A stretch of 64,000 nt of DNA from Bacillota bacterium (lineage in GTDB: Bacteria; Patescibacteriota; Patescibacteriia; Patescibacteriales; UBA12465). Where the stretch lies: positions 267,005-331,004 of the forward strand of contig JBLNBA010000004.1 in NCBI GenBank assembly GCA_050259635.1, in the 5' to 3' direction. Each line of letters starts with the position of its first letter. Positions within the stretch are counted from its first letter, which is position 1. The notes beneath the pieces were generated by a model, which did not search any database, had not been told where the DNA came from, and saw only the letters and a list, made by a program, of their open reading frames with translations. Shown piece by piece: positions 26,420 through 36,244 of this stretch. Made by a program: the position numbers and the translations under genes.

Positions 26420-27478
26420 ATGGTTATCGGCATCGCTAACAACCTTTTCCCTCCGTATGGACGCGGCAGCGGCGCGGAAGTGATCGCGGCAAAACAAGCC
26501 GCCGAACTCCGAGCCGCCGGGCACGATGTCTTCATCGTGAGCCTTTCTCCGCAGGGAATCTCCGTCCCAGATAGCCCGAACCATTTTTTTCTTCCCTCCT
26601 CATATTCTGGGCTGGGAAAGAAAAAGCCTTATTCCCGCCTAGCTTGGCATCTGCGCGAGCTTCTCTGCTTTCCCCAAAAACGCGCTCTTGCCCGGATCCT
26701 TGAGGAACGCCGGCCGGAATTATTTATCACCCATAATCTTGTAGGAATAGGCTTTGGCCTGCCCGCCCTACTGGCAGAGAAAGGGATTCGTCACGAACAC
26801 GTTCTTCATGACATCCAACTCCTGCATCCCTCTGGCCTAATGTACTGGGGACAGGAAGGGATTATCGATTCTCTGCCGGCGCGATTATACCAAACCATCA
26901 CGAGACATGCTTTCCGGCGGTGTCGGACAGTAATCTCGCCCTCAAAATGGCTATTGTCCGTCCATGAGTCCAAAGGTTTTTTCTCTCAAGCCGAGAAGAT
27001 ACATCGCCCGAACTTTTCCTTAGCCAGAAGAGAACCTAAACCGGCGAACAAGCCTTTCCATTTCGTTTTTAGCGGACAGCTAGAAAAGCATAAAGGCTTA
27101 GAACTGCTCCTATCCGCTTGGCAGAGAGCCGATTTGCTGCCGGAAGAAGCCAGACTTACCATTGCCGGAGGCGGAAGGTTGGAAGATATCGCCAAAGAAG
27201 CGGCCGCTAACCTGGCTAACGTGGAATATGCCGGACTCTTAGACAGGAATGGCATCGACGCTTTGCTGGATTCCGCTGACGCGGTGGTAGTGCCTTCGCT
27301 TGTCTATGAAAATTCTCCGACCAGCCTCTGGGAGGCAGCCGAACATGGTTGCCGTGGCCTAGCCTCAGATATTGGCGGCATTCCGGAACTTTCATCCCAT
27401 TTGGAACTGAAATTATTTCCCCCTGGAAACGCCGACGCCCTCATTGCCGCCTTAAAATCCTATACACATGATAATTAA
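26420..27478 (+). CDS. GT-B glycosyltransferase, family 4/1
   Basis: 352 aa. VVPSLVYENSPTSLWEAAEHGCRGLASDIGGIPE. It starts 1 nt after the previous stop. Confidence 0.85.
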   Translation: MVIGIANNLFPPYGRGSGAEVIAAKQAAELRAAGHDVFIVSLSPQGISVPDSPNHFFLPSSYSGLGKKKPYSRLAWHLRELLCFPQKRALARILEERRPELFITHNLVGIGFGLPALLAEKGIRHEHVLHDIQLLHPSGLMYWGQEGIIDSLPARLYQTITRHAFRRCRTVISPSKWLLSVHESKGFFSQAEKIHRPNFSLARREPKPANKPFHFVFSGQLEKHKGLELLLSAWQRADLLPEEARLTIAGGGRLEDIAKEAAANLANVEYAGLLDRNGIDALLDSADAVVVPSLVYENSPTSLWEAAEHGCRGLASDIGGIPELSSHLELKLFPPGNADALIAALKSYTHDN

Positions 27479-27480
27479 AA

Positions 27481-27511
27481 AAATCAGCCTTTCTCCGGGC
27501 TGATTTTTTTT
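27481..27511. terminator. Bidirectional intrinsic terminator
   Basis: aaatcagcc-tttctccg-ggctgattt followed by 8 T, with an A-run upstream. It lies between the convergent GT4 (+) and UXS-like (-) genes. Confidence 0.8.
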
Positions 27512-27537
27512 ACTTTAAAATGGGCGTTGCCAAATAG

Positions 27538-28554
27538 TTAAAATTCCCTTAATCTCTTCTGGGCCTGCAAGGCGAAGATCGTCTTCTTTAATCCGTTCTC
27601 AAGCGTTACTATCGGCATCCAGGATAATTCTTCCTTTGCCAAACGGATATCCGGCAAAGCCAGTTCGCTCACAAACAAGCGGCTATCCCCATAGACGATC
27701 TTGGATTCTGACCCAAGCTGGCGAATGATCATCATAGCCAAATCAGTGAAGTTCACATCAACATCGGAACCGAGGTTAATCGGACCGGCATGTTTGGAAT
27801 TCATGAATTTCAAGACGCCGTCGATGACATCCTCGACATAGCAGAAAGATGAGGAAAAACGGTCATCCCCGAAGATGACAAGGTCCTTCCCATCGATGGC
27901 ATTCTCGATAAAGTCCGGAATCATCTGGTCATCATTCAGCTCCATCCTCGGCCCGTAGGTACGGAAAAGTCGGACTATTTTCGCATCAATGCCGAATATA
28001 TCTCGATAATTCTTTATCACTGTTTCCGCAAAACGTTTGCCTTCGTCATAGGCGCTACGGGGAGAAAGATGATCTAAGGCCTCGATCTCCGTTTCATCCA
28101 ATTTCCTATCGGGACTTTCCATATCACGGGGCCCATAAACGACGGAAGAGGAAAAATGCATTAATTTAGCCTTGTGCTTGGCGGCTAGGCCCAAGAGATT
28201 GAATATGACCGATGAATTTGCCTGAAGGATCGCCTGGCGATTATCAAGGAAGCTTTTGGGGGACATCGGGCAAGCAAGATTATATATTTCTTGCAGCCCC
28301 TGGAACTCCAGCTTGAACTTTTTCAGTTCCGGCAGCTCCAGCCAATCGACGGGTTTAGACAAGTCTTTATTGATAAAGACGAAATCCGGATTAGAAAGAA
28401 GATGATCGATATTACGCTCATTGCCGGTCAAAAAATTATCCACGCAGATGACCTTACAGGTCTTTACTAATTCATCGCAGAGATGAGAGCCGATAAACCC
28501 GGCGCCGCCGGCGACCAGGACATTTTTCTTGTCGAAAATGACTTGCTTAGGCAT
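27538..28554 (-). CDS. NAD-dependent sugar-nucleotide epimerase/dehydratase, UDP-glucuronate decarboxylase (UXS)-like
   Basis: 338 aa. GGAGFIGSHLCDEL Rossmann motif and the YDEGKRFAE catalytic YxxxK, typical of UXS/ArnA-like SDRs. Confidence 0.8.
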   Translation of the reverse strand: MPKQVIFDKKNVLVAGGAGFIGSHLCDELVKTCKVICVDNFLTGNERNIDHLLSNPDFVFINKDLSKPVDWLELPELKKFKLEFQGLQEIYNLACPMSPKSFLDNRQAILQANSSVIFNLLGLAAKHKAKLMHFSSSVVYGPRDMESPDRKLDETEIEALDHLSPRSAYDEGKRFAETVIKNYRDIFGIDAKIVRLFRTYGPRMELNDDQMIPDFIENAIDGKDLVIFGDDRFSSSFCYVEDVIDGVLKFMNSKHAGPINLGSDVDVNFTDLAMMIIRQLGSESKIVYGDSRLFVSELALPDIRLAKEELSWMPIVTLENGLKKTIFALQAQKRLREF

Positions 28555-28562
28555 ATGTTTCC

Positions 28563-30617
28563 TTAGTTATTTATATCGATTACCCCCACTCTTACCCCGC
28601 CGGCAAACGTGTCTGAATAGGCATAAAAGGATTCAATCAGGCTTCCGTGCCCGTCAAAGACCCGGACATGGGGTGACGCTCCCGCCGATGCCCCTAAAAC
28701 AATATCCGCCTGTCCGTCGTTATCCAGATCACCGGCAGCGATATTGGCTCCGCCCTTCCAGTTACGCCCGAAAGCCAAGAATGATTTCTTTAAAACGGCT
28801 TTATTGCTAAAAACTTTAACCATCGCTTCCTTGCCGTATGCCGGAACGGTTATGATCTCATCCTTATTACGGTCATTGCGGCCATCGATATTGGCTACCG
28901 CCAGGTTTACTCCGCCCTTGAACTCCCGCTCGTAAGCGAAGAATTGTCCTTGCAAGTTGCCGCGGCGATCGAATATTTTCACCTCTGGAGCGCCACCTTG
29001 CCCGCGGACGGCCACGATTTCCGAGACTCCTTTGCCGTCGATATTGCCGGCGGCAACTTTGACGCCTCCTTTGAAAGATGTTTCAAAAGCGAAAAATTGT
29101 CCTTTGAGATTGCCCTTATGGTCAAAGATCCGGATATGCGGACCTCCTCCGGCACCGGCGCCCACAATAATTTCCGCAAGCCCATCATCATTCACATCGG
29201 CAACCGCCAAGCTGAAACCTCCGCGGAAACTGCGAGCAAATACCGGAAAACGGCCGCGCAAGATTCCATTGGGACCATATATGCTCACCAACGGCTCTTG
29301 GCCGGAGGCCGCCGCCGCGACGATCTCTTCTTCGCCATTACCGTCAATATCACCGGAAGCGTATATGCCTCCGCTTGACTCGGGCAAATCCAAACGTTCA
29401 AGAGCGATACCGCTACGATCAGAAAGGATCACAGCCGGAGATGAAGAAGCATCGGGATTTCCGCTCTCCGGATTTATCATCAGCCGCCCGAGGCGGGAAT
29501 ATAAATGTTCTTGGGCAACGGTGATGGAGCGGTCCAAGTTAACCCGGCCGCTTCCTAACTGCCCCAGATAATCCGGATTCAAGCGGCTGATATTATCCGA
29601 CGATTGCAAAAGGATCTTTACGATCTCGGTAGGCTTGAGATGAGGATTTGTTTCAGCAATCAAGGCCAACGAACCGCTAATTACCGGCGCTGCCATCGAA
29701 GTCCCAGACCAGAAACCGTCATAATATTTATCCGGTTCTTCCGGATTGCCGCCATAGGTGATAGCGCTGAAAAAACTCACTCCCGGCGCGGTAACATCCA
29801 CGCAACGGAAACCATAGCTAGAAAAATCCGCTTTCTGGTCCAGCGCATCGGTAGCCGCCACCCCAATCACCATATTCTCTCCATTTTTCCCGTCATAGCA
29901 GGCGGGATAAATTGGATCTTTATCGGTATTATAGCCGCTTCCATCTTCCTGTTCATTGCCGGCAGCCGCCACCACGATAACGCCGGCGTTATACGCCCTT
30001 TGCACCGCGTCATAAAGCGCCTGGCTATAATTAAAGCCGACAAAGCTCAGATTAATGATATCCGCTCCATTATTGACGGCATAATCTATCGCCCGGATAA
30101 CCGAGCCGATGCTGCCTTCTCCTTTATCGTTTAGAGCTCGGAGAGGCATAAGACGGGCCTTCCAAGTGACGCCCGCAATCCCTTCACGATTATTCCCGGA
30201 AGCGGCGATGATGCCGGCCACCATCGTACCGTGTGAGATGCCGGACTCCGTCCAACCGGCATCGAATTTAGGGGAAGGATCAGGAGTATTGGTCACAAAA
30301 TCCCAACCGTTCACGTCATCGATAAATCCGTTGTGATCATCGTCCTTTTTATTGCCGGCTATTTCCTTCTGGTTCACCCAGATATTATCCTTAAGATCGG
30401 GATGATTTATTTGGATACCGGCATCAACGACGGCAATGATTACACTGGGACTACCGCTCACCTTTTCCCAGGCGACCGGCGCCTTAATCCGAGTTAAATA
30501 CCACTGGTTGCTATAGTAAGGATCATTCGGCAAAAAACTGGCTCCCGCGAACGGTACCAGGGCAAAAAGAAATATAAAAAAAGATGCCAATATTCTTTTC
30601 ATAGACATCTTAATCAT
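28563..30617 (-). CDS. Secreted subtilisin-family (S8) serine protease fused to a C-terminal FG-GAP/VCBS-type beta-propeller
   Basis: D/H/S triad contexts VVDAGI, HGTMVAG and GTSMAAPV. The C-terminal ~269 aa hold 5-6 repeats of F.AF...F.GG..vA.GDiDgDG..EIv.G. The start is ambiguous (30617, 30608 or 30602 give signal peptide MKRILASFFIFLFALVPFAGA; the track uses 30671). Confidence 0.9.
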   Translation of the reverse strand: MIKMSMKRILASFFIFLFALVPFAGASFLPNDPYYSNQWYLTRIKAPVAWEKVSGSPSVIIAVVDAGIQINHPDLKDNIWVNQKEIAGNKKDDDHNGFIDDVNGWDFVTNTPDPSPKFDAGWTESGISHGTMVAGIIAASGNNREGIAGVTWKARLMPLRALNDKGEGSIGSVIRAIDYAVNNGADIINLSFVGFNYSQALYDAVQRAYNAGVIVVAAAGNEQEDGSGYNTDKDPIYPACYDGKNGENMVIGVAATDALDQKADFSSYGFRCVDVTAPGVSFFSAITYGGNPEEPDKYYDGFWSGTSMAAPVISGSLALIAETNPHLKPTEIVKILLQSSDNISRLNPDYLGQLGSGRVNLDRSITVAQEHLYSRLGRLMINPESGNPDASSSPAVILSDRSGIALERLDLPESSGGIYASGDIDGNGEEEIVAAAASGQEPLVSIYGPNGILRGRFPVFARSFRGGFSLAVADVNDDGLAEIIVGAGAGGGPHIRIFDHKGNLKGQFFAFETSFKGGVKVAAGNIDGKGVSEIVAVRGQGGAPEVKIFDRRGNLQGQFFAYEREFKGGVNLAVANIDGRNDRNKDEIITVPAYGKEAMVKVFSNKAVLKKSFLAFGRNWKGGANIAAGDLDNDGQADIVLGASAGASPHVRVFDGHGSLIESFYAYSDTFAGGVRVGVIDINN

Positions 30618-30642
30618 ACCATATCTATTGTAAAAGCGAAAT

Positions 30643-31848
30643 TTAGGATTCCAGCACTGCCAAGGTCTCACGGGCAGACTTTTCCCAGCTGAATTCCCTT
30701 GCCCGAGCCAAGCCGAGCTCTCTCAAGCTCTCCCGTAAAGACCCATCTTGAGCGATCCGCGCCAGTGCGGAAGCGATGGAAGCACGATCCCGGGGATCAA
30801 AGAATAATGCGGCCTCACCTGCCACTTCACGCAAAACTGGCAGATCAGACAGGACAGCCGGGACTCCGGAAGCCAGGGCCTGCAAAACAGGAATCCCAAA
30901 CCCCTCATGGAGAGTAGGAAAGACGAAAGCTAAGGAGGCGGCAAAAATTTCAGGCAAATCCTCTTCTGCCACCCACCCGGGGATTATGACGTAACGGGAG
31001 AGATTAAATTCCTCAATGATATACTTCACCTCGTCATAACCGTAACCGGCATTGCCGATCAGGACCAGCTTGATATCTTTTTGCGGGTAGGCCTCGCGGA
31101 AAAGCGCAAAGGCCTCCACCAGCGCCGAGGTATTCTTTTTCTTCTCCAGTCGTCCCACGTAGAGGAAAAAAGGCAATTCCAAACCGTACTTGGCCAAGAC
31201 CTGGCGACGAGTATCGGAATCACGGCGTTCATAATACAGTTCTTCCGGATAACCGTTATGCACTACCGCCACCTTCTCGGCGTACTGGGGATAGATATCG
31301 GCTATCTCCTGGCGGGTAAAGTCGGATACGGCAATGATTCGGCTGGAATGCTTTAAAGAAAAATCTGTTCCCCAGGCCAAATGGTCCAAAGAATTAGACT
31401 TATATTTCCCTCCGGTAAACAGCTTGATGGAAAAGTCTAATAGTCCGCGGCCGGAATCATTTTTCAAGCTGAAGCCTCTTTTCTGGTACACCGCTTTTTC
31501 TCTCATAAAAGCGATATCATGGACGGTATTAACAGTATGGCGAGGGTGGATTAAAGGCAAGGAGTGCGCCGGTACGAAAAGGACGTCCGGCCGATGGATT
31601 AACATTTCCCAAGAAAGGCGGCCGAGCGTCCAAAAATATCGCCAAGGCCATTTAAGGACCTTGAAACGAAAATTAGGATAAGGAGAGATCGCCGCTTTCA
31701 AATCAGCGGCCGGCTCCTTATCGAGATAGAGAATATATCGGTTGTCCCGGTCCAAATCTGCCAGGTTGCTGATGATATAGAAAGAATACCACTCAGTACC
31801 AGTCCTAAGGCTACGATTGGCGCGGGAAGCATCGATGCCGATCAGCAT
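30643..31848 (-). CDS. GT-B glycosyltransferase, family 4/1
   Basis: Start moved to ATG 31848 (MLIGIDASRA...), which abuts the upstream mreB-like stop. C-terminal EGFGIPVLQALASGVPAVLSD motif. Confidence 0.88.
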   Translation of the reverse strand: MLIGIDASRANRSLRTGTEWYSFYIISNLADLDRDNRYILYLDKEPAADLKAAISPYPNFRFKVLKWPWRYFWTLGRLSWEMLIHRPDVLFVPAHSLPLIHPRHTVNTVHDIAFMREKAVYQKRGFSLKNDSGRGLLDFSIKLFTGGKYKSNSLDHLAWGTDFSLKHSSRIIAVSDFTRQEIADIYPQYAEKVAVVHNGYPEELYYERRDSDTRRQVLAKYGLELPFFLYVGRLEKKKNTSALVEAFALFREAYPQKDIKLVLIGNAGYGYDEVKYIIEEFNLSRYVIIPGWVAEEDLPEIFAASLAFVFPTLHEGFGIPVLQALASGVPAVLSDLPVLREVAGEAALFFDPRDRASIASALARIAQDGSLRESLRELGLARAREFSWEKSARETLAVLES

Positions 31849-31849
31849 A

Positions 31850-32884
31850 TTATTTAGTTGCGAGGATGCTACGCTTGTAAGAATCGAGATTGTCCAAAGC
31901 GATACCTGTGCCCTTAGCGACGCAAAGCAAGGCATCATCGGCGATATAAGCAGGTACGCCAGTAGTTCGAGCTACGAGCTGGTCGATATTCCTAAGCAAG
32001 GCGCTTCCGCCGGAAAGGATGATCCCCTTATCCATGATATCAGCCGCGAGCTCGGGAGGGGTCTTCTGTAGAACGCGTTTGGCGGCGGCAATAATAGCCT
32101 CAAGCTCATTCTGGATAGCCTCGGTAACATCATCACTTGAAACCGTGATGCTTCTCGGCAGGCCGGTAACTATGTCTCGCCCGCGGATTTCCATGTAAAG
32201 CTTGTCTTCGACGTATAAAGCCGAGCCGATGTTTATCTTTATCTCCTCAGCTGTGCGCTCGCCGATGGCTAAATTATATTTCTTACGGATATGCTCTAAA
32301 ATAGCGGCATCAAACTTATTGCCCCCGACGCGCACCGAAGTAGAGGCGACGATACCGCCCAAAGAAATCACTGCCATCTCGGCGGTTCCGCCGCCGATAT
32401 CGATTATCATGTGGCCCGTGGCCGAGCCGATCGGGATATCCGCCCCGATGGCAGCGGCTACCGGTTCTTTGATGATATAAGCGGCCTTAGCCCCGGCTGC
32501 GATTGTCGCCTCGATTACCGCGCGGCGCTCAGTAGAGGAAATGCCGGCAGGAACGGCCACCATCACTTCCGGACGGAAAAGGCGGATCCCGCCTAAAGTC
32601 TTATTGATAAAATACCTGATCATCGCTTCAGTCGTCCGGTAGTCTGCGATGACTCCATCCTTAAGGGGACGGGCGGCGACAATGGTGTCCGGAGTGCGTC
32701 CTAGCATATCCTTGGCTTCGTTACCGACCGCCAATATCTTATTGTCATCGAGGGATACGGCAACCACCGAAGGCTCGTTAATCACGATGCCCCGGCGAGG
32801 TAGATAGACTAAAGTATAGGTTGTGCCCAGGTCGATGCCAATGCGTTTTATAAACATAATTTGGCTGAAATCAAATAAAAACAA
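31850..32884 (-). CDS. MreB-family actin-like protein (second paralog)
   Basis: 344 aa. IGIDLGTTYT...NEPSVVA...DIGGGTAE motifs. The true start may be ATG 32857 (MFIKRIGIDLGT). Confidence 0.9.
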   Translation of the reverse strand: MFLFDFSQIMFIKRIGIDLGTTYTLVYLPRRGIVINEPSVVAVSLDDNKILAVGNEAKDMLGRTPDTIVAARPLKDGVIADYRTTEAMIRYFINKTLGGIRLFRPEVMVAVPAGISSTERRAVIEATIAAGAKAAYIIKEPVAAAIGADIPIGSATGHMIIDIGGGTAEMAVISLGGIVASTSVRVGGNKFDAAILEHIRKKYNLAIGERTAEEIKINIGSALYVEDKLYMEIRGRDIVTGLPRSITVSSDDVTEAIQNELEAIIAAAKRVLQKTPPELAADIMDKGIILSGGSALLRNIDQLVARTTGVPAYIADDALLCVAKGTGIALDNLDSYKRSILATK

Positions 32885-32915
32885 CTGAGACTGAATTTTC
32901 TCTTAATGATAGATA

Positions 32916-32944
32916 ATCTTACTCCATGCCCCTAGAGGTGTCAA
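32916..32944 (-). promoter_or_regulatory. Candidate sigma70-type promoter of the mreB paralog-GT4-S8-UXS unit
   Basis: Minus strand: TTGACA (32944-32939), 17 nt, TAAGAT (32921-32916). Confidence 0.5.
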
Positions 32945-32961
32945 ACCGCCCGAAATACGGA

Positions 32962-33390
32962 TTATTCTCCGTAAGTATCCTCGCTGTCTTCTTCTTCCTC
33001 CCGCTTCTGGTTCTCGATAATCTTTTTCACTTTCTCGGCAAACTCGAAGGTATCAAATTCATCCTTGATGAAATAATAATCGGCTCCGAGCTCCAAACTG
33101 CGGTTCTTGCTATCCTCATCGCTAAGGTCGGTGAAGATAAAAATCGGGGTTTCGCCTAAATCCGCGTCTTCTTTGATCCGCTTGATCACATCGAAGCCAT
33201 CGATCTTAGGCATGATTAGGTCGAGGATGATGTAATCCGGCTCAAACGAGCGGATATTGTCCATTAATTCCTCGATCGGCTCTTCTCCTTCGCTCGGTTC
33301 AACGATAAAATCGTCGGAATCGAACTGGGCTTCCAGCCCGTAAAGGATGTTTACGTCATCTTCGAGGATGAAGATCTTTTTCTCTGCCAT
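32962..33390 (-). CDS. Stand-alone response-regulator receiver (CheY-like) with an acidic tail
   Basis: 142 aa. EDD acidic pocket, phospho-acceptor context IILDLIMPKIDG, conserved T (FIFTD) and K (YFIKD). It has no output domain, and there is no kinase in the window. Confidence 0.85.
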   Translation of the reverse strand: MAEKKIFILEDDVNILYGLEAQFDSDDFIVEPSEGEEPIEELMDNIRSFEPDYIILDLIMPKIDGFDVIKRIKEDADLGETPIFIFTDLSDEDSKNRSLELGADYYFIKDEFDTFEFAEKVKKIIENQKREEEEDSEDTYGE

Positions 33391-33411
33391 AGCATTATGT
33401 ATGAATTGATA

Positions 33412-34377
33412 TTATTTCTTTAGCTTACGCCACCAGCCTTCATTTTGCCGGTACCATTCTACCGTCTCTGCCAGGCCGTCGTCAAAATTGGTTTCCGGCC
33501 GCCAGCCGAGCTCTCTTTCCGCTTTGCTGAAATCGATGGCGTAGCGCAAATCATGGCCGGGTCGGTCTGCTACATACTCTATCATCTTATCATCGGCGCC
33601 CATCAGTTCGATGATCTTTTGCGTAATTTGCAAATTGGTCCTTTCGCTTGCTCCGCCGAGGCAATAGGTTTCACCGAGTTTCCCTTTTTCCAGGATCATT
33701 TCTACTCCCCGATTATGATCCCTTACATGAATCCAATCCCGGACATTGCTTCCCTGCCCGTAGACCGGCACTTTTTTCCCGTCGATCAGATTGGTGACGA
33801 AGAGCGGGATAAGCTTTTCGGGAAATTGGTAAGGGCCATAGTTGTTCGAGCAATTGGAAATCGTCACCGGGAGCCCATGTGTGTGGAAATAGGCGCGTAC
33901 CAGATGGTCAGAAGCGGCTTTCGATGCGCTATAAGGGGAACGGGGATCATAAGGAGTAGCTTCGTTGAATTTTCCGTCGCCTAAAGGTAAGGCCCCGAAT
34001 ACCTCGTCGGTTGAGACATGATGGAAGCGGATATTCCCTAACCGTTTGGCCGCATCCAGCAAGACCCTAGTTCCCTCCACATTGGTCCTCACGAAATCGG
34101 CGCTATTTATTATCGAGCGATCGACATGGCTTTCGGCCGCGAAATGGACGACCGCGTCCACTCCGGCCATCGCCGCCTCCACCGCTTCGGGATCGGCAAT
34201 ATCTCCTTTGATAAAATGGTATCGGTTGTCATTTTCCAGGGATATAAGGTTTTCCAAATTACCGGCGTAGGTAAGCGCATCGAAATTGATAATGTCATCC
34301 TCCGGGTGTTTGGAGATCCAGTATAAAATAAAATTGGAGCCGATGAACCCGGCACCTCCCGTTACAAGCAATTTCAT
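33412..34377 (-). CDS. rfbB: dTDP-glucose 4,6-dehydratase
   Basis: Start moved to ATG 34377 (MKLLVTGGAGFIGSNF...). YSASKAASDHL catalytic motif, with full-length RmlB similarity. Confidence 0.93.
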   Translation of the reverse strand: MKLLVTGGAGFIGSNFILYWISKHPEDDIINFDALTYAGNLENLISLENDNRYHFIKGDIADPEAVEAAMAGVDAVVHFAAESHVDRSIINSADFVRTNVEGTRVLLDAAKRLGNIRFHHVSTDEVFGALPLGDGKFNEATPYDPRSPYSASKAASDHLVRAYFHTHGLPVTISNCSNNYGPYQFPEKLIPLFVTNLIDGKKVPVYGQGSNVRDWIHVRDHNRGVEMILEKGKLGETYCLGGASERTNLQITQKIIELMGADDKMIEYVADRPGHDLRYAIDFSKAERELGWRPETNFDDGLAETVEWYRQNEGWWRKLKK

Positions 34378-34379
34378 AT

Positions 34380-34775
34380 TCAAGAAATTAATTTTTTGAC
34401 TATCTCGTCCTGCTCGCCTTCCCGATATTCGCTTTCCGGCCAACGGTTTAATCCGTCATCCGGCAAGCGGGGGATAATGTGGAAATGAAGATGGGGGATT
34501 ATTTGGCCTGCCAGAGGGTCATTATTGACTATAACATTATAACCCTCATAACCCAGTTTTTCCTTGACCTTCGCCCCCAGCTTCTTTACTACAGAAATCA
34601 GTCCGCAGAGGTCAACATCGGAAATTTCTTCCAAATTGGAGATATGGACTTTAGGGATAATCAAAAGGTGGCCAGGATGGACGGGCTTAATGTCGAGGAA
34701 AGAGAGGACAGCATCATCCTCATATACTTTACGTGCCGGAATCTCCCCGGCCACTATCTGGCAGAATACGCACAT
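34380..34775 (-). CDS. HIT-family (Hint-like) nucleotide hydrolase/transferase
   Basis: 131 aa. CVFCQIV...HLHFHIIPR histidine triad. Confidence 0.9.
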   Translation of the reverse strand: MCVFCQIVAGEIPARKVYEDDAVLSFLDIKPVHPGHLLIIPKVHISNLEEISDVDLCGLISVVKKLGAKVKEKLGYEGYNVIVNNDPLAGQIIPHLHFHIIPRLPDDGLNRWPESEYREGEQDEIVKKLIS

Positions 34776-34781
34776 AAGGTT

Positions 34782-35231
34782 TTAGATCTTATAAGGACTT
34801 TCCGGATCCAGCTCCCAGCGGATTTCATCGATCTCGTCTTTCTTCATCACTCCTTTATAAAGCTTATCCGGAAAATTAATGGATAAGGCGGGGACATCGG
34901 AAATACATTGATAGCCATGAACGACACCCGGAGGAACCAGGACGGAACAGGGATTCCCTTCTCCTACTTCCATCTCCATCTTCTCCCCCTTAGTGCTGGA
35001 ACCCTCTCTCCTGTCCCACAAATGGAGACGGAACTTTCCCGGACCGATGAAGATGAAAAAATCGCTCTGGTAGACGTGCTCATGCGGACCGCGGATTACC
35101 TGTGGCAGAGTAAGGCTGGCATAAGACATGGCCGGCGAAGTATCCACTTCATCGCGACGATATATTTCCGTCAACCAGCCGCGCTCGTCTTCATATTTAT
35201 TAAGTTGTCTGACGATTACTCCGTTTATCAT
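34782..35231 (-). CDS. RmlC-like cupin (dTDP-4-dehydrorhamnose 3,5-epimerase family, short form)
   Basis: 149 aa. DERGWLTEIYR, IRGPHEH and PPGVVHGY resemble RmlC strand motifs. It is shorter than the canonical ~185 aa. Confidence 0.7.
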   Translation of the reverse strand: MINGVIVRQLNKYEDERGWLTEIYRRDEVDTSPAMSYASLTLPQVIRGPHEHVYQSDFFIFIGPGKFRLHLWDRREGSSTKGEKMEMEVGEGNPCSVLVPPGVVHGYQCISDVPALSINFPDKLYKGVMKKDEIDEIRWELDPESPYKI

Positions 35232-36214
35232 ATTTTTATTTTTCTTAAATCCAACAAACCGCTCTGAGCTCCGAAAAAAGCGATTTTCGAAGCAGTATTC
35301 TTAGCACCCAAGCGCAAGGCTTTCTTTATGCTTCCTCCGGTTAGCTCCAAGCCGGCGATGACCGAAGAATTGAATACATCTCCCACTCCGGTCACATCCA
35401 CACGCTTCTTTTCCTTCAAGACCGGCTGATGATAATAATAATTGCCGTCATAAGCATCCGCTCCCTTCCGTCCGGAAGTGATGACTACTATTTTCGGACC
35501 GGTTTCCTTAATAATAACAAGCAGGTTGGATACGTCATTGAAGAAGGAACTTTTCTTCTTCGCGTACCGCGGGTCGCTCATGGCAAGTTCGATCGCCTCA
35601 TCCTTATTTACGAAGAAAACATCAGTTCGTTCAAGGAAGGGCCTAAGCTTCTCCAATCCTTCCTGGTATTGGGCCGCCCCTGGATTCCAAGCGATACGAG
35701 GTCCGGTCAATGAAAATATCTGACGGGCAGCCGGCAGCCAATCACCAGACAAGGAAGCGACATACAGCCATTTTCCCAAACCGAGGATAGATAATTCTTT
35801 CCTTCCTACCTGCAAGCCATTATTGGCCCCGCGGCTGGCAAAAATTATCCTTTCCCCGCCGGGAGCGACCAGGATGAAAGACATGCCGCTCGGCTCCTTG
35901 GGATCAACGGCCAAAAGGCGAGTAGAAACACCCAGCCGACTCAGATTAGCGGCAATCTTTTTGCCATTCTCGTCATTGCCAACCTTAGCCAAGCAAGCGG
36001 TTTCAAAGCCTGAATGAGCGAAATTTACCGCCGCATTGGCCGCCCCGCCGCCAAAAAGCTCGACAAAGCGGTCTACCTTGATTTTTGCACCATGTTCGAA
36101 AGCCAGAAGGTTCTGGCGCAAAAGGTCGCGCTTATTATCGATAAGAAGCCCCTCTCCTGTCATGAAGGCGATATCGCGGGTGGCCCCACCGATGGTTATA
36201 ACGTCGTATTTCAT
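35228..36214 (-). CDS. PfkB-family carbohydrate kinase
   Basis: 328 aa. GGGAANAA and C-terminal DVTGVGDVF (DTTGAGD-type) motifs. Confidence 0.85.
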   Translation of the reverse strand: MKYDVITIGGATRDIAFMTGEGLLIDNKRDLLRQNLLAFEHGAKIKVDRFVELFGGGAANAAVNFAHSGFETACLAKVGNDENGKKIAANLSRLGVSTRLLAVDPKEPSGMSFILVAPGGERIIFASRGANNGLQVGRKELSILGLGKWLYVASLSGDWLPAARQIFSLTGPRIAWNPGAAQYQEGLEKLRPFLERTDVFFVNKDEAIELAMSDPRYAKKKSSFFNDVSNLLVIIKETGPKIVVITSGRKGADAYDGNYYYHQPVLKEKKRVDVTGVGDVFNSSVIAGLELTGGSIKKALRLGAKNTASKIAFFGAQSGLLDLRKIKI

Positions 36215-36244
36215 ATTAAAATATGCTGATATGATAGCATAAAA

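Noticed and set aside
33412-35231. Calling this a complete dTDP-L-rhamnose (rmlABCD) operon.
   Set aside because: Only RmlB and a short RmlC-like cupin are present. No RmlA or RmlD is in the window, and the intervening genes are a HIT protein and a PfkB kinase.
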